Of a stretch of DNA of 64,000 bases, positions 28,375-37,363 are shown piece by piece (the first letter of the stretch is position 1; every line of letters begins with the position of its first letter). Under the pieces are notes generated by a model. That model was given only the letters and a program-made list of their open reading frames with translations, made no database searches and was not told the origin of the DNA. Position numbers and translations under genes: made by a program. This DNA comes from Bacillota bacterium (GTDB taxonomy: Bacteria > Bacillota > UBA4882 > UBA8346), in assembly GCA_012728785.1 (NCBI GenBank), contig JAAYEK010000151.1, positions 3,096 through 67,095 of the forward strand, in the 5' to 3' direction.

Positions 28375-30630
28375 TTACCGTTTCAAGTTAACCAGCTCTT
28401 GAAGCATCTCATCAGAGGTGGTAATCACCCGGGAGTTCGATTGGAACCCGCGTTCAGTCATGATCATGTCCGTAAACTCTTGAGAAAGATCCACATTGGA
28501 CATTTCGACCGTACCCGGAGTTATCTGGCCGCGGCTGCCCTGACCCGCCTGTCCAACCTGGGGTTGCCCCGAGTTGCTGGACTCCTCAAACATAGTATCG
28601 CCAACTCTGGATAAACCGCCCGGATTGGTAAAACTGGCCACCGCCAGCTGGGCCAAGTTCTGGTTCATTCCGTTGGAGAAGACTCCAACGATCCTGCCGG
28701 ACTTGTCAATGTTGAACCCTTGCAACATCCCCATAGGATAACCATCCTGGAAGGGGGATGTGAAATCGGAGATGGCCATATTATCACTGTCTAAAGTTCC
28801 GGCATATTGGCTCAGATCGCTAAAATCAGGATTAATCCTTACCGGTAAAGCTCCGGGCGGGGTGAAGGTAATTGGACCTCCGGTGTAAGATATTAATTCT
28901 CCTTCATTGCTAAAGTTAATCCGCCCGCTTCCAATAGGATTTTCATATTCATCTACTGTCGACCAGATCCAGTTATTATCATCCATCTTAGTTGCAGTAG
29001 TGAGTAAAAGATGATCGTTACCAAGCGAATCATAAACCCGAGTCATTGTGACTACCGGTTCGGGTACTCTTATTTGAACCTGACCATCCTGACCGCCAAC
29101 CATTAAACCTTCCTCAAAAGAAGGTGGGTTAACACCATTTTGCATTGCTCCAAAAGTTACTTCAACTCCATTTTCTAAGCGAATTCTGGTAGGATCGCCT
29201 GTAACACCTGCTGTAGGAGGGCCCCAAGTGAAAGTACCGCTACCTCCAGTAAGAACAGAACCATTTTCGGCATTTAATGTCCAGCTATAAACACCCGCAA
29301 CCGGCCCCGTTACATTGAATTGAAGATGCGAAAGAACTTCTCCAGCAGCATTATTCAGATTGTAAGTATAAGTTCCGGCGCCGGCAAATGCAGGCATATT
29401 AACTGTACCGGCAGCAATAACTTCCGGAGCGCGTTCGACCACCGTAAATGTTGGTATGCCACTCATTTCCGAAGGAGGGTTGATAGTAATATTCACTCCA
29501 CTAGGAGCTGTTGAGCGAACAAGAGTGGTAACATCACTGGCATTATAAATGCCTCTTGTGGAATCCCATTCAAAAGTCCCCATACCGCCTTGTTCGATAG
29601 TGACGTTTTCAGGACCGGGATCACTATCAGGAACAATTTGCCATTGAAAACGATTGGGAATGGAAGTGCCGGTAATCTGGTACGTCAAGTTAACCGTATT
29701 CCCGGCAGTATCAATTAAAGTAGCGTCATAGTTAAAGGGCACCGTACCGGTAAAACCAGTCAATACGTTACTCTGTAAAGCTCCGGTATAATGAGCTTCA
29801 AAACCGTCTCCCATAAGTTGTCCAACCTGGGGACTCATGATCCTAACCGGAGTTCCATCAGTAGGAGTGACCTCAAACCAAGTACCAGGCGAGGCAACAA
29901 CTACTCCATTTTCATTCAACCGAATTGTACCGTGATATCCGGAGCCGCCTGTAATAGTGCCACCTTGCACAACCGCTTCATACTCATATTCATTAAATCC
30001 TACCGGCCTAAGAGTATATGTAATGGTAGCGCTATGATCGTTGCTGGCATCCGATACGGATTGGGTCATATAACGCAAATTGACATTGGTATTGGCAGCC
30101 AAATTCCCGCCAAACTCAATCTGGGAAGTAGCAATTGGAGCGATGGTTTGGCCTACCGGAATTCGAATATTGGTTACCGGCATATTGGTATTGATCACTC
30201 CAGTGATATTAGCCATCCAGCCCCGGACGATCAACCCATTGGAAGGATTAACCAACCGTCCGTCCCGTTCCATATTGAAATTCCCGGCTCGGGTATAATA
30301 CTCCCGTTGCCCGTCGCTCAAGATGAAAAATCCATCTCCTTGAATGGCAACATCGGTGATTTTTCCGGTATTTTGCAAGTTGCCCTGGGTATGCAACACA
30401 TCGATACTGGCCAGGTTCATACCTAAACCGACTTGCAAGGCGTTGATACCGCCCCGGTTGGCGTTAGGCGCGGAAGCGCCGCGCAGGGTTTGATTTAAAG
30501 TATCTTGAAAACTTACTCGACCGGCTTTATAGCCGACCGTATTAACGTTGGCGATATTATTGCCGATGGCATCCATCCGGATCTGGTGGTTCCTAAGACC
30601 CGTTACGCCGGCGAACATTGATCGCATCAT
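28375..30630 (-). CDS. flgE: Flagellar hook protein FlgE with a very large central insertion
   Basis: 751 aa. Conserved N-terminus (MMRSMFAGVTGLRNHQIRMDAIGNNIANVNTVGYK) and C-terminus (SNVDLSQEFTDMIMTERGFQSNSRVITTSDEMLQELVNLKR). Confidence 0.9.
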   Translation of the reverse strand: MMRSMFAGVTGLRNHQIRMDAIGNNIANVNTVGYKAGRVSFQDTLNQTLRGASAPNANRGGINALQVGLGMNLASIDVLHTQGNLQNTGKITDVAIQGDGFFILSDGQREYYTRAGNFNMERDGRLVNPSNGLIVRGWMANITGVINTNMPVTNIRIPVGQTIAPIATSQIEFGGNLAANTNVNLRYMTQSVSDASNDHSATITYTLRPVGFNEYEYEAVVQGGTITGGSGYHGTIRLNENGVVVASPGTWFEVTPTDGTPVRIMSPQVGQLMGDGFEAHYTGALQSNVLTGFTGTVPFNYDATLIDTAGNTVNLTYQITGTSIPNRFQWQIVPDSDPGPENVTIEQGGMGTFEWDSTRGIYNASDVTTLVRSTAPSGVNITINPPSEMSGIPTFTVVERAPEVIAAGTVNMPAFAGAGTYTYNLNNAAGEVLSHLQFNVTGPVAGVYSWTLNAENGSVLTGGSGTFTWGPPTAGVTGDPTRIRLENGVEVTFGAMQNGVNPPSFEEGLMVGGQDGQVQIRVPEPVVTMTRVYDSLGNDHLLLTTATKMDDNNWIWSTVDEYENPIGSGRINFSNEGELISYTGGPITFTPPGALPVRINPDFSDLSQYAGTLDSDNMAISDFTSPFQDGYPMGMLQGFNIDKSGRIVGVFSNGMNQNLAQLAVASFTNPGGLSRVGDTMFEESSNSGQPQVGQAGQGSRGQITPGTVEMSNVDLSQEFTDMIMTERGFQSNSRVITTSDEMLQELVNLKR

Positions 30631-30774
30631 AGTAAAACGACCTCCTTTTACTCAGTTACTAGTTAACTAGTTGCTAGTTATAAACTAATCACTAATCATT
30701 AGTAACATTTTAATTTCTTCCGCCTCAATCGTTCAGCGGGTTTGGAGGCTTCCTCGGAATCTAGAGGTCCAGCC

Positions 30775-31176
30775 TCACTGTTTAACAATCACTGCGCTAT
30801 CAATGTTGGTAAAGACATTGTCCTTCAAACTGCTCTCATCAACCGCGGTGATCACGGTCCGGTTTTTGATACTGACCACCAAGGCCATCCGGTCCATTAA
30901 GATCAATGATTCCTTAGCGCCTTTAGCCTCGGCTTTGTTGACCGCATCTTTGAGCATAGCCATTTCTTGGTTACCCAAGGCAATCTGTCTAGTCTCCAAA
31001 CGCTTCAAAGCATGGGCTGAAAACTTAATTCCCGACTGCTCCGCCAGTTGTTCCTGGAAGATGGTTTCAAACTGGGTCCCGGTTCCAACTCCAGCCTTCG
31101 CAACCGGTTTACCCGGAGACGGCGCTACCTGACCGATCTGGGGCGGCCTGATTACTATCTTTTCATTCATTAGCAA
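30775..31176 (-). CDS. Flagellar operon protein of the TIGR02530 (flg_new) type
   Basis: 133 aa with KFSAHALKRLETRQI...LILMDRMALVVSIKNRTVITAV. Sits between flgD and flgE as in other Firmicutes. Confidence 0.7.
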   Translation of the reverse strand: MLMNEKIVIRPPQIGQVAPSPGKPVAKAGVGTGTQFETIFQEQLAEQSGIKFSAHALKRLETRQIALGNQEMAMLKDAVNKAEAKGAKESLILMDRMALVVSIKNRTVITAVDESSLKDNVFTNIDSAVIVKQ

Positions 31177-31186
31177 CTCTCCTCAT

Positions 31187-32047
31187 TCAAAGATCCGCAT
31201 CGTCAGGCACAATATTCCAAATATTCTTCAGTTCAATGGCGGTTTTCAGATCGCAAACATCCCGGTATTCGACTTCGATGTCGTTACCTGCTTCATCGGT
31301 ACCGATTACTAACTTAACGACAGTTGTTTTATCCCGTCCCTCGCCGGTTTTAGCGCCGATAACCTTAGCTTCATAGATAACATCGGTTTCACCGCCTTCA
31401 TCGTTATAATCCCGGACAAAGACTTTTTTACCGACTAGAGCTTCGGCTTGGGTCAAGGTCCCTTTACTAGAGACCAGGCATTCGGGAGTTAAAAGCTTCG
31501 TAGTGGTGGTACCGTTCAGTCCAACAACCATTTTAGCGTCGGCCACATACACCTGATTCAAACCGTCGGGATTGCCCTTGGAGTCCGTTTCCCGGACAAA
31601 GACGAATTTATCAACCAACGACTTGGCTTCTTCCCAAAGCCCTTCGTTGTTGAAGGTGGTTTTGGCTTCGCCGATCTTCACCTCTCTACCGTTATCCAGT
31701 CGCAGATACATCTCGCCGCTGATCTCCCGGGTCGAAATCACTTTACCGTAGACCAATTCCTGACCGTTGTCACCATTAACCTCAGCTTTGATATGATTGC
31801 CAATCATTAAGGTAGCCTGTTGCATTTGAGAAGCTTTCGCCACGTTCTGCATCTGCTCTAAGGCTGTAAACTGGGCCATTTGAGCGATGAATTCCTTGTC
31901 GTCCATGGGATTTAATGGGTCTTGGTTTTGCATCTGGACGATTAGGATCTTTAAAAACTCATCTTTGCCAAGATTGTCCCCGGTATTTCGGGAAGCTCCC
32001 GGCACAGTTCCGGTAGTCATGTTATAAACCTGATTTACACTACTCAT
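31187..32047 (-). CDS. flgD: Hook capping protein FlgD with an extended C-terminal region
   Basis: 286 aa with the N-terminal KDEFLKILIVQMQNQDPLNPMD signature. Confidence 0.85.
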   Translation of the reverse strand: MSSVNQVYNMTTGTVPGASRNTGDNLGKDEFLKILIVQMQNQDPLNPMDDKEFIAQMAQFTALEQMQNVAKASQMQQATLMIGNHIKAEVNGDNGQELVYGKVISTREISGEMYLRLDNGREVKIGEAKTTFNNEGLWEEAKSLVDKFVFVRETDSKGNPDGLNQVYVADAKMVVGLNGTTTTKLLTPECLVSSKGTLTQAEALVGKKVFVRDYNDEGGETDVIYEAKVIGAKTGEGRDKTTVVKLVIGTDEAGNDIEVEYRDVCDLKTAIELKNIWNIVPDDADL

Positions 32048-32075
32048 TGCTTTTCACCTCCTTTTTTGATAATAA

Positions 32076-33647
32076 TTAAGCGATTAAGTCAATCAAGGTA
32101 TCACTTTGCACTAGCGGTTTTGATTCTTGAGTCTCCAATACTTCATCATCGTTAATCCCACTGACTTTAGCCCCGGAATTAAGGAACTGTTCCCGATTGG
32201 AAGCGGCCTGTTCAAAGCCTTCATTACCCTGTTGATTACCTACGGATACCATAATCGTATCCACTTGCATCCCGTTTTCCTGCAAATCCCGTTTGAGTTG
32301 GCTCAAGTTACTTTCAATAATCTCCTTTACCTGCTGAGATTCGGCGAAAAACTTAGCAGTGACTACATCATTCTCAATAGTCACTTTTAACTGGAGTTTA
32401 CCGAGATGCTCCGGTTTTAAGTTGATCTCCATCTCACTGTCGCCATTGTTTACTAAAACTTTGGCATGTTCAACGATCTGGGTGAAGAGTTCTTCCCGGT
32501 TGGTCGAGTTAACCGTTTCGGAGCCGGAGACTTGAGTCTGGGATACATTGCCAAAAGAAGGTTGAGTTGCAACTACATTCAGCACCGGGGTTTCGGTCTT
32601 AGCTTCAGGAGCGTCGTTCACCGCCAGCTGGGTTTGGATCGCCGCCAGGTTTACTTTACCACTCTTAGCGGAAGATTGATCCGGTTGGACTAAAATCCGA
32701 TTCCCTTCGTGTTCGGCGTTGGCCTCGGTGTTTTTAACTAAAGCATCTCCTGAAAAATCAAACTTATTAACGGTTTGGTTTTCATTATCAGCTGTTACCT
32801 TGCCATTTTGTAATACTGAGACTGATTCAAAAAGCTGGTCATTGCCGTTTTTTTGTCCGTCCTTAGAAAGGGATTCTCCTTCAGTCCGGAAATGACTACC
32901 CAAGGCTTGGATCGAAATTTGACTTAAATCTCCCAAAACCGCAGTCTTGTCTTCTACCGATATTTCGTCCAATTTACCATCGAGGGAAACTTGTTTAAGA
33001 TCCTTCATGTTTACTGTTGGCATCTCGGAGACAACTTCAGTCAAGTTGCCAACTCCACTGTCTTTTCCCATAGTTACGGCTAATACAGCTGTTTCCTGGA
33101 TGGCTTCGACTAGCTCCGGATCAGCTGTTACCTCGGCAAGTTCAGCCATCTGAACTGTTTCCGGCTGGGTTTCGCCACGGATAGCTGCTTCAGCTTGGGC
33201 AAGATGGGCTAACAGCGCTGATAACTGATCTTGATTGCCATCAACCAAAACTTCGCCTTCTTGGTCTTGTTTACCCTCAGTTTCCGCAGTTGCTTTCTTT
33301 TGGGTAGTGTTTTCACTTTGGGGTTGGGCTGCTTCCATAGCTTCTCCGTTGGCAACTGCTTCGTGATCCGGTTTTGACTGGGACTCTAACTTATCCGCAG
33401 AGGTTTGATCCGCCCTTGTAAACTTGTCTGTTTGCGATTCCGGTTTGGTTTTTTGATCAACCGGACGACTTCGTTCCTGTTTTTCTCGGAAAGGCTTGAC
33501 TGTAAATTGGTCTTTACTAGCCTTTTGTAAGAATTTTTCGAAACTACTCGGGCCGAATTCCGTCTTTTTTTCCAATAAGGAAGTAGGTTGTAGATCTTGG
33601 GCCGGTTTGGCAGCGGACGCCGGAGGAATAAAAGAAAGATTTGACAT
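32076..33647 (-). CDS. fliK: Hook-length control protein FliK
   Basis: 523 aa. Long acidic/Gln-rich low-complexity N-part and a conserved C-domain (LKPEHLGKLQLKVTIENDVVTAKFFAESQQVKEIIE). Confidence 0.75.
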   Translation of the reverse strand: MSNLSFIPPASAAKPAQDLQPTSLLEKKTEFGPSSFEKFLQKASKDQFTVKPFREKQERSRPVDQKTKPESQTDKFTRADQTSADKLESQSKPDHEAVANGEAMEAAQPQSENTTQKKATAETEGKQDQEGEVLVDGNQDQLSALLAHLAQAEAAIRGETQPETVQMAELAEVTADPELVEAIQETAVLAVTMGKDSGVGNLTEVVSEMPTVNMKDLKQVSLDGKLDEISVEDKTAVLGDLSQISIQALGSHFRTEGESLSKDGQKNGNDQLFESVSVLQNGKVTADNENQTVNKFDFSGDALVKNTEANAEHEGNRILVQPDQSSAKSGKVNLAAIQTQLAVNDAPEAKTETPVLNVVATQPSFGNVSQTQVSGSETVNSTNREELFTQIVEHAKVLVNNGDSEMEINLKPEHLGKLQLKVTIENDVVTAKFFAESQQVKEIIESNLSQLKRDLQENGMQVDTIMVSVGNQQGNEGFEQAASNREQFLNSGAKVSGINDDEVLETQESKPLVQSDTLIDLIA

Positions 33648-33846
33648 GGATTCACCTCCTTTCCCTATTTCTGCTTCAGTAAAATTGAACTTGCTTTTTG
33701 AAAATAACAGGTTAAACCGTTCGTGATTATTTTCAAAACCTTTTATAATACTGCATTTACCGAAGTAGAATCCAACGCAATTATCCCGAAGGATATATAC
33801 GTTTACTATTGTTATCGGACGGTTTCTCCAAATTAATTAGAAGCTT

Positions 33847-34428
33847 TTACCGATACTTATTCAACCGATCCTGGGTTAGCTTAGCCAGGTATTCGGCGGG
33901 CATTTTTTCTAAGATCTTCCGCACCTGACTCTGTTGGAGTTGATCAAAGATCAGATAGACAGTGTCTTCAGGTAACTTTTGAATGACCATTGCCGCGTTT
34001 TTCGGTTTCATACTTCCTAAGGTCGCTAGGTAATACTTGAGGTTGGCTTCTTCCTTAACCCGGGCCGCTTTTTGGGCTGCGGTAAGGCCGGATGATCCAG
34101 GTGTTCCGGCAATAACGGGATGTTCCCGCTCCCAAGCTAGTTTTTCATCTAAAAAGAAATCTTGATCTTCCGCCAGCTTAGCCAGATCTTCTTGGAGCTT
34201 TGCTTCTCTAGCTTGTAAGTCGGCCTCTCTTTCACTCAGAAGCTTACTTCGTTTTTTGCCTAACTCGTAATTCTCCGCCAAATCATTCAATCCGGGTATA
34301 TAGCTGAGTCCTTCTAAGAATAATTCTTTAACATTAACAATACCCAACAAATTTAAAATCCCTAAAAATAAACATATTGCAACTACAATAATCAAAATTC
34401 TACCAAAATTAAAAAATGTCCGGTTCAT
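33847..34428 (-). CDS. YlxF/MotE-like protein (TM helix, coiled coil, MgtE-N-like domain)
   Basis: 193 aa, located between fliJ and fliK like B. subtilis ylxF. C-terminal PKNAAMVIQKLPEDTVYLIFDQL. Confidence 0.6.
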   Translation of the reverse strand: MNRTFFNFGRILIIVVAICLFLGILNLLGIVNVKELFLEGLSYIPGLNDLAENYELGKKRSKLLSEREADLQAREAKLQEDLAKLAEDQDFFLDEKLAWEREHPVIAGTPGSSGLTAAQKAARVKEEANLKYYLATLGSMKPKNAAMVIQKLPEDTVYLIFDQLQQSQVRKILEKMPAEYLAKLTQDRLNKYR

Positions 34429-34457
34429 CTTTCCAGAACCTCCCGGCTTTCTTTACT

Positions 34458-34907
34458 TCATCCTATTTTATCCCTGATATAACGGCCCGTTCCCAGCTCA
34501 TCGAGGAATTTAATCTCGGCGTTCAACTGTTCGGCCTGATAAGCCCGATAAGCCTTTTCTTTCAATTTTTCCAAAACTTTCTTTTCCTTGGAAGCCTCAA
34601 TTAATCGTTGACGGCATTGAGCCACTTCCCGTTGGCATTCTTGGAGTTTAAGCATTGCCAGATCCACTTGACGGTTAAGCCAAATTAAATAGCGGTGATA
34701 ATCATTAGCTTCCTCGGGAATAAACCGTAGTTGGAATTTTTCGCGGTAAAACCTAATATTAGCCTCGACTTCATCTTGCCATCGGCATAACTCAATCCTT
34801 GCCTTTTCACTCCGCAGTTCAGCCTCACGCAGTTCAATTTTGCGTAAATCTTCAATTCTAATTTTTATTTTTAAAACAGTCTCCAACTTAAACTTAAATT
34901 TACTCAT
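34458..34907 (-). CDS. fliJ: Flagellar export chaperone FliJ
   Basis: About 149 aa coiled-coil protein (MSKFKFKLETVLKIK...) directly after fliI. The ORF track starts at a TTG at 34925; I prefer the ATG at 34907. Confidence 0.75.
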   Translation of the reverse strand: MSKFKFKLETVLKIKIRIEDLRKIELREAELRSEKARIELCRWQDEVEANIRFYREKFQLRFIPEEANDYHRYLIWLNRQVDLAMLKLQECQREVAQCRQRLIEASKEKKVLEKLKEKAYRAYQAEQLNAEIKFLDELGTGRYIRDKIG

Positions 34908-36246
34908 GGGCCACCGTATCTCCAATCATCTCAATCAAGCGGGAAGCGGTATCGGCATAAGAAATTTTCTCTTCAATTCTTTGTTTTAAAAAATCATTGA
35001 TCGTTTGAATCATACTAATGGCCTTATCGATCCCGGGGTTGCTCCCCTTCGAGTATGCTCCGATGTTGATTAAATCCTGGTTATCCCGGTAAGTGGCTAA
35101 AATACTTCGTAGTTCGCCGGCGGCCCGACTATGACCTTCGTTTACCAATTCAACCATGAGACGGCTGATGCTGGCCAAAACATCAATGGCCGGATAATGG
35201 TTTTGATGGGCCAACTCCCTCGAAAGAACGATATGCCCGTCTAAGATGCTACGAACCGCATCAGCGATAGGCTCATTCATATCGTCCCCTTCAACCAGAA
35301 CCGTATATAAACCGGTGATACTGCCCTGATCGGAAGTGCCCGATCTTTCCAGAAGACGGGGCAATAGGGCGAAAACAGAAGGAGTGTAGCCCCTGGTTGT
35401 CGGCGGTTCTCCGACGGCTAACCCCACCTCCCGTTGAGCGATGGCAAACCGGGTCACTGAGTCCATCATCAATATAACATCATTTCCTTGGTCTCGAAAA
35501 TACTCGGCAACAGCAGTAGCTACCATTGCTCCTTTGATCCGGACCAAAGCCGGTTGATCGGAGGTGGCTACTATAACTACCGAACGGGCAATGCCTTCCG
35601 GTCCTAAATCCCGTTCTAAAAAGTCCCGGACTTCCCGGCCCCGTTCACCGATTAAACCGATGACATTGATGTCGGCATCGGTGTTACGGGCAATCATTCC
35701 GAGTAAGGTGCTTTTTCCAACGCCGCTACCGGCAAAAATGCCCACTCTTTGGCCCCGGCCGCAGGTTATTAGGGAGTCTATCGCCCTGATTCCCATAGCT
35801 AAAGGAGTATTGATCCGTTTGCGGGTCAGAGGGTTAGGGGGCGATGCTTGAAGTGGGTAAAATTCACCCGTTAACAGCGGGCCTTTACCGTCAATCGGCC
35901 GACCGAGACCGTCCAAAACCCGGCCTAACAACCCCTGGCCAACTTCCACCTGTAGATTTTGACCGGTGGCGCTAATTTCACATCCCGGACTAATTCCGGT
36001 AATCTCGCCTAAAGGCATTAATAATACCTTCCCGGATTTAAAACCGACCACTTCTGCGGAAAGCAGTTCGGCGCGATCATTCACTTTAACCAGACAATGT
36101 TCACCAAGATTAACAGCAGGCCCATCCGCTTCAATGGTTAAACCGACAATTTGACTGACCCTTCCGGTCCGTCTAATTGGATCAACCAGCTTAATGGCGG
36201 TTAAATATTTTTCAGCGCTAAAGGGTTGGATTTCATTCGGAGCCAT
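34900..36246 (-). CDS. fliI: Flagellum-specific ATPase FliI
   Basis: 448 aa with Walker A GSGVGKST and F1-beta-like architecture. Confidence 0.95.
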   Translation of the reverse strand: MAPNEIQPFSAEKYLTAIKLVDPIRRTGRVSQIVGLTIEADGPAVNLGEHCLVKVNDRAELLSAEVVGFKSGKVLLMPLGEITGISPGCEISATGQNLQVEVGQGLLGRVLDGLGRPIDGKGPLLTGEFYPLQASPPNPLTRKRINTPLAMGIRAIDSLITCGRGQRVGIFAGSGVGKSTLLGMIARNTDADINVIGLIGERGREVRDFLERDLGPEGIARSVVIVATSDQPALVRIKGAMVATAVAEYFRDQGNDVILMMDSVTRFAIAQREVGLAVGEPPTTRGYTPSVFALLPRLLERSGTSDQGSITGLYTVLVEGDDMNEPIADAVRSILDGHIVLSRELAHQNHYPAIDVLASISRLMVELVNEGHSRAAGELRSILATYRDNQDLINIGAYSKGSNPGIDKAISMIQTINDFLKQRIEEKISYADTASRLIEMIGDTVAHE

Positions 36247-37363
36247 CGATTTGACCCGCCTTTAGGATTTCATTCATAATCCGTTCTAGTTGAGATTTGA
36301 TCCTAGCGTCTACCTTGCCATGTTCGGTTTCGATAAAACAGTCTCCCGGAGCGATCGTTTGGTCCGGTTTGATCGCAATTGACTTGGGTTCGCTAAAAAC
36401 CTCCTGTAATGAAGGGAGATTTTCCTCGATTAACCGCCCATCATCGGGGTTGATTTTGATCGTAATTGAATTGGCAGTAGCGACTCTTGATAATGCTTCT
36501 TTAATCACGGATACAACCTGCTCCGGGTGGCTTTTCAACTCAGAACCGATTATCTTCTCGACAATTCCGGTCACTAACTTTAACAGTTCCCCTTCGGAAG
36601 ATACAATCCGAGTCACTCTTTCTTCCTCAGCCTGAGCAAGAATGGAAATAGAGTTTTCCAAATTCGCTTCAATTGCTTGTTTCGCCTTTGCTAGGCCTTC
36701 TTTATTTCCGGCAGCAAAACCTTCCTGCTGAGCTTGGACCTTCATTTCCTCGGCTTGAAGTTTGGCATCGTCAATGATTTTCTTGGCTTCTTGTTTGGCC
36801 TGCTCAAGACCTTCATCAGCTTGCGCTTTAGCTTGCTCGATAATCTCTTCCGCTTTAGTTTGGGCCTTTGCTTCAATTTGGGCCGCTTCCGTTTTAGCCT
36901 GTTCTATAATACCGGCAGCATTTTCACTCGCCACAACGGTAATATTATCAGCTTTTTCCTTAGCCAACCGAGTCAAAACATCGGCCTGTTCTTTACTTTG
37001 ATCAATCAATTTTTCCGCTTCCAGATTGACCTGAAACAAATCAATATCCTGGACTTCCGCTGCTGGTTCGTTTATTTGGTTATCAATGGGTGTGGCATCA
37101 TTTATTTCGAGTTCTTTTTCTTTCGAAGCTTCAGGATTAATTAGATCAATTTCGCCCGGTTCATCATCGGAGTTTTCGTCCTGCGGAAAGATCGTCTCTA
37201 AAATCTCCTCCAGAGTCGCGGCAGTTTCCGACTGGGACTCTGCTGAAGAATTTGGAGTTTCATCTTCTTCCTGATTATTAACAAAAAAGGCATCCACATC
37301 GACTGGATCCAGACGACACGGATGAGCCTCTACAAAATCTTCCGATTTAATAATTTTAGACAA
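36233..37363 (-). CDS. fliH: Flagellar assembly protein FliH with a long acidic N-terminal extension
   Basis: 376 aa. Central Ala/Lys/Gln/Glu coiled coil (IIEQAKAQADEGLEQAKQEAKKII) and a FliH C-domain; located between fliG and fliI. Confidence 0.8.
   Translation of the reverse strand: MSKIIKSEDFVEAHPCRLDPVDVDAFFVNNQEEDETPNSSAESQSETAATLEEILETIFPQDENSDDEPGEIDLINPEASKEKELEINDATPIDNQINEPAAEVQDIDLFQVNLEAEKLIDQSKEQADVLTRLAKEKADNITVVASENAAGIIEQAKTEAAQIEAKAQTKAEEIIEQAKAQADEGLEQAKQEAKKIIDDAKLQAEEMKVQAQQEGFAAGNKEGLAKAKQAIEANLENSISILAQAEEERVTRIVSSEGELLKLVTGIVEKIIGSELKSHPEQVVSVIKEALSRVATANSITIKINPDDGRLIEENLPSLQEVFSEPKSIAIKPDQTIAPGDCFIETEHGKVDARIKSQLERIMNEILKAGQIDGSE

Noticed and set aside
32076-33647. 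Low-complexity acidic/Gln-rich stretches in FliK, the FliH N-terminus and the FlhF/FliY Pro-rich linkers as possible novel repeats
   Set aside because: Such disordered linkers are normal for these flagellar families. I could trace no precise nucleotide tandem repeat.
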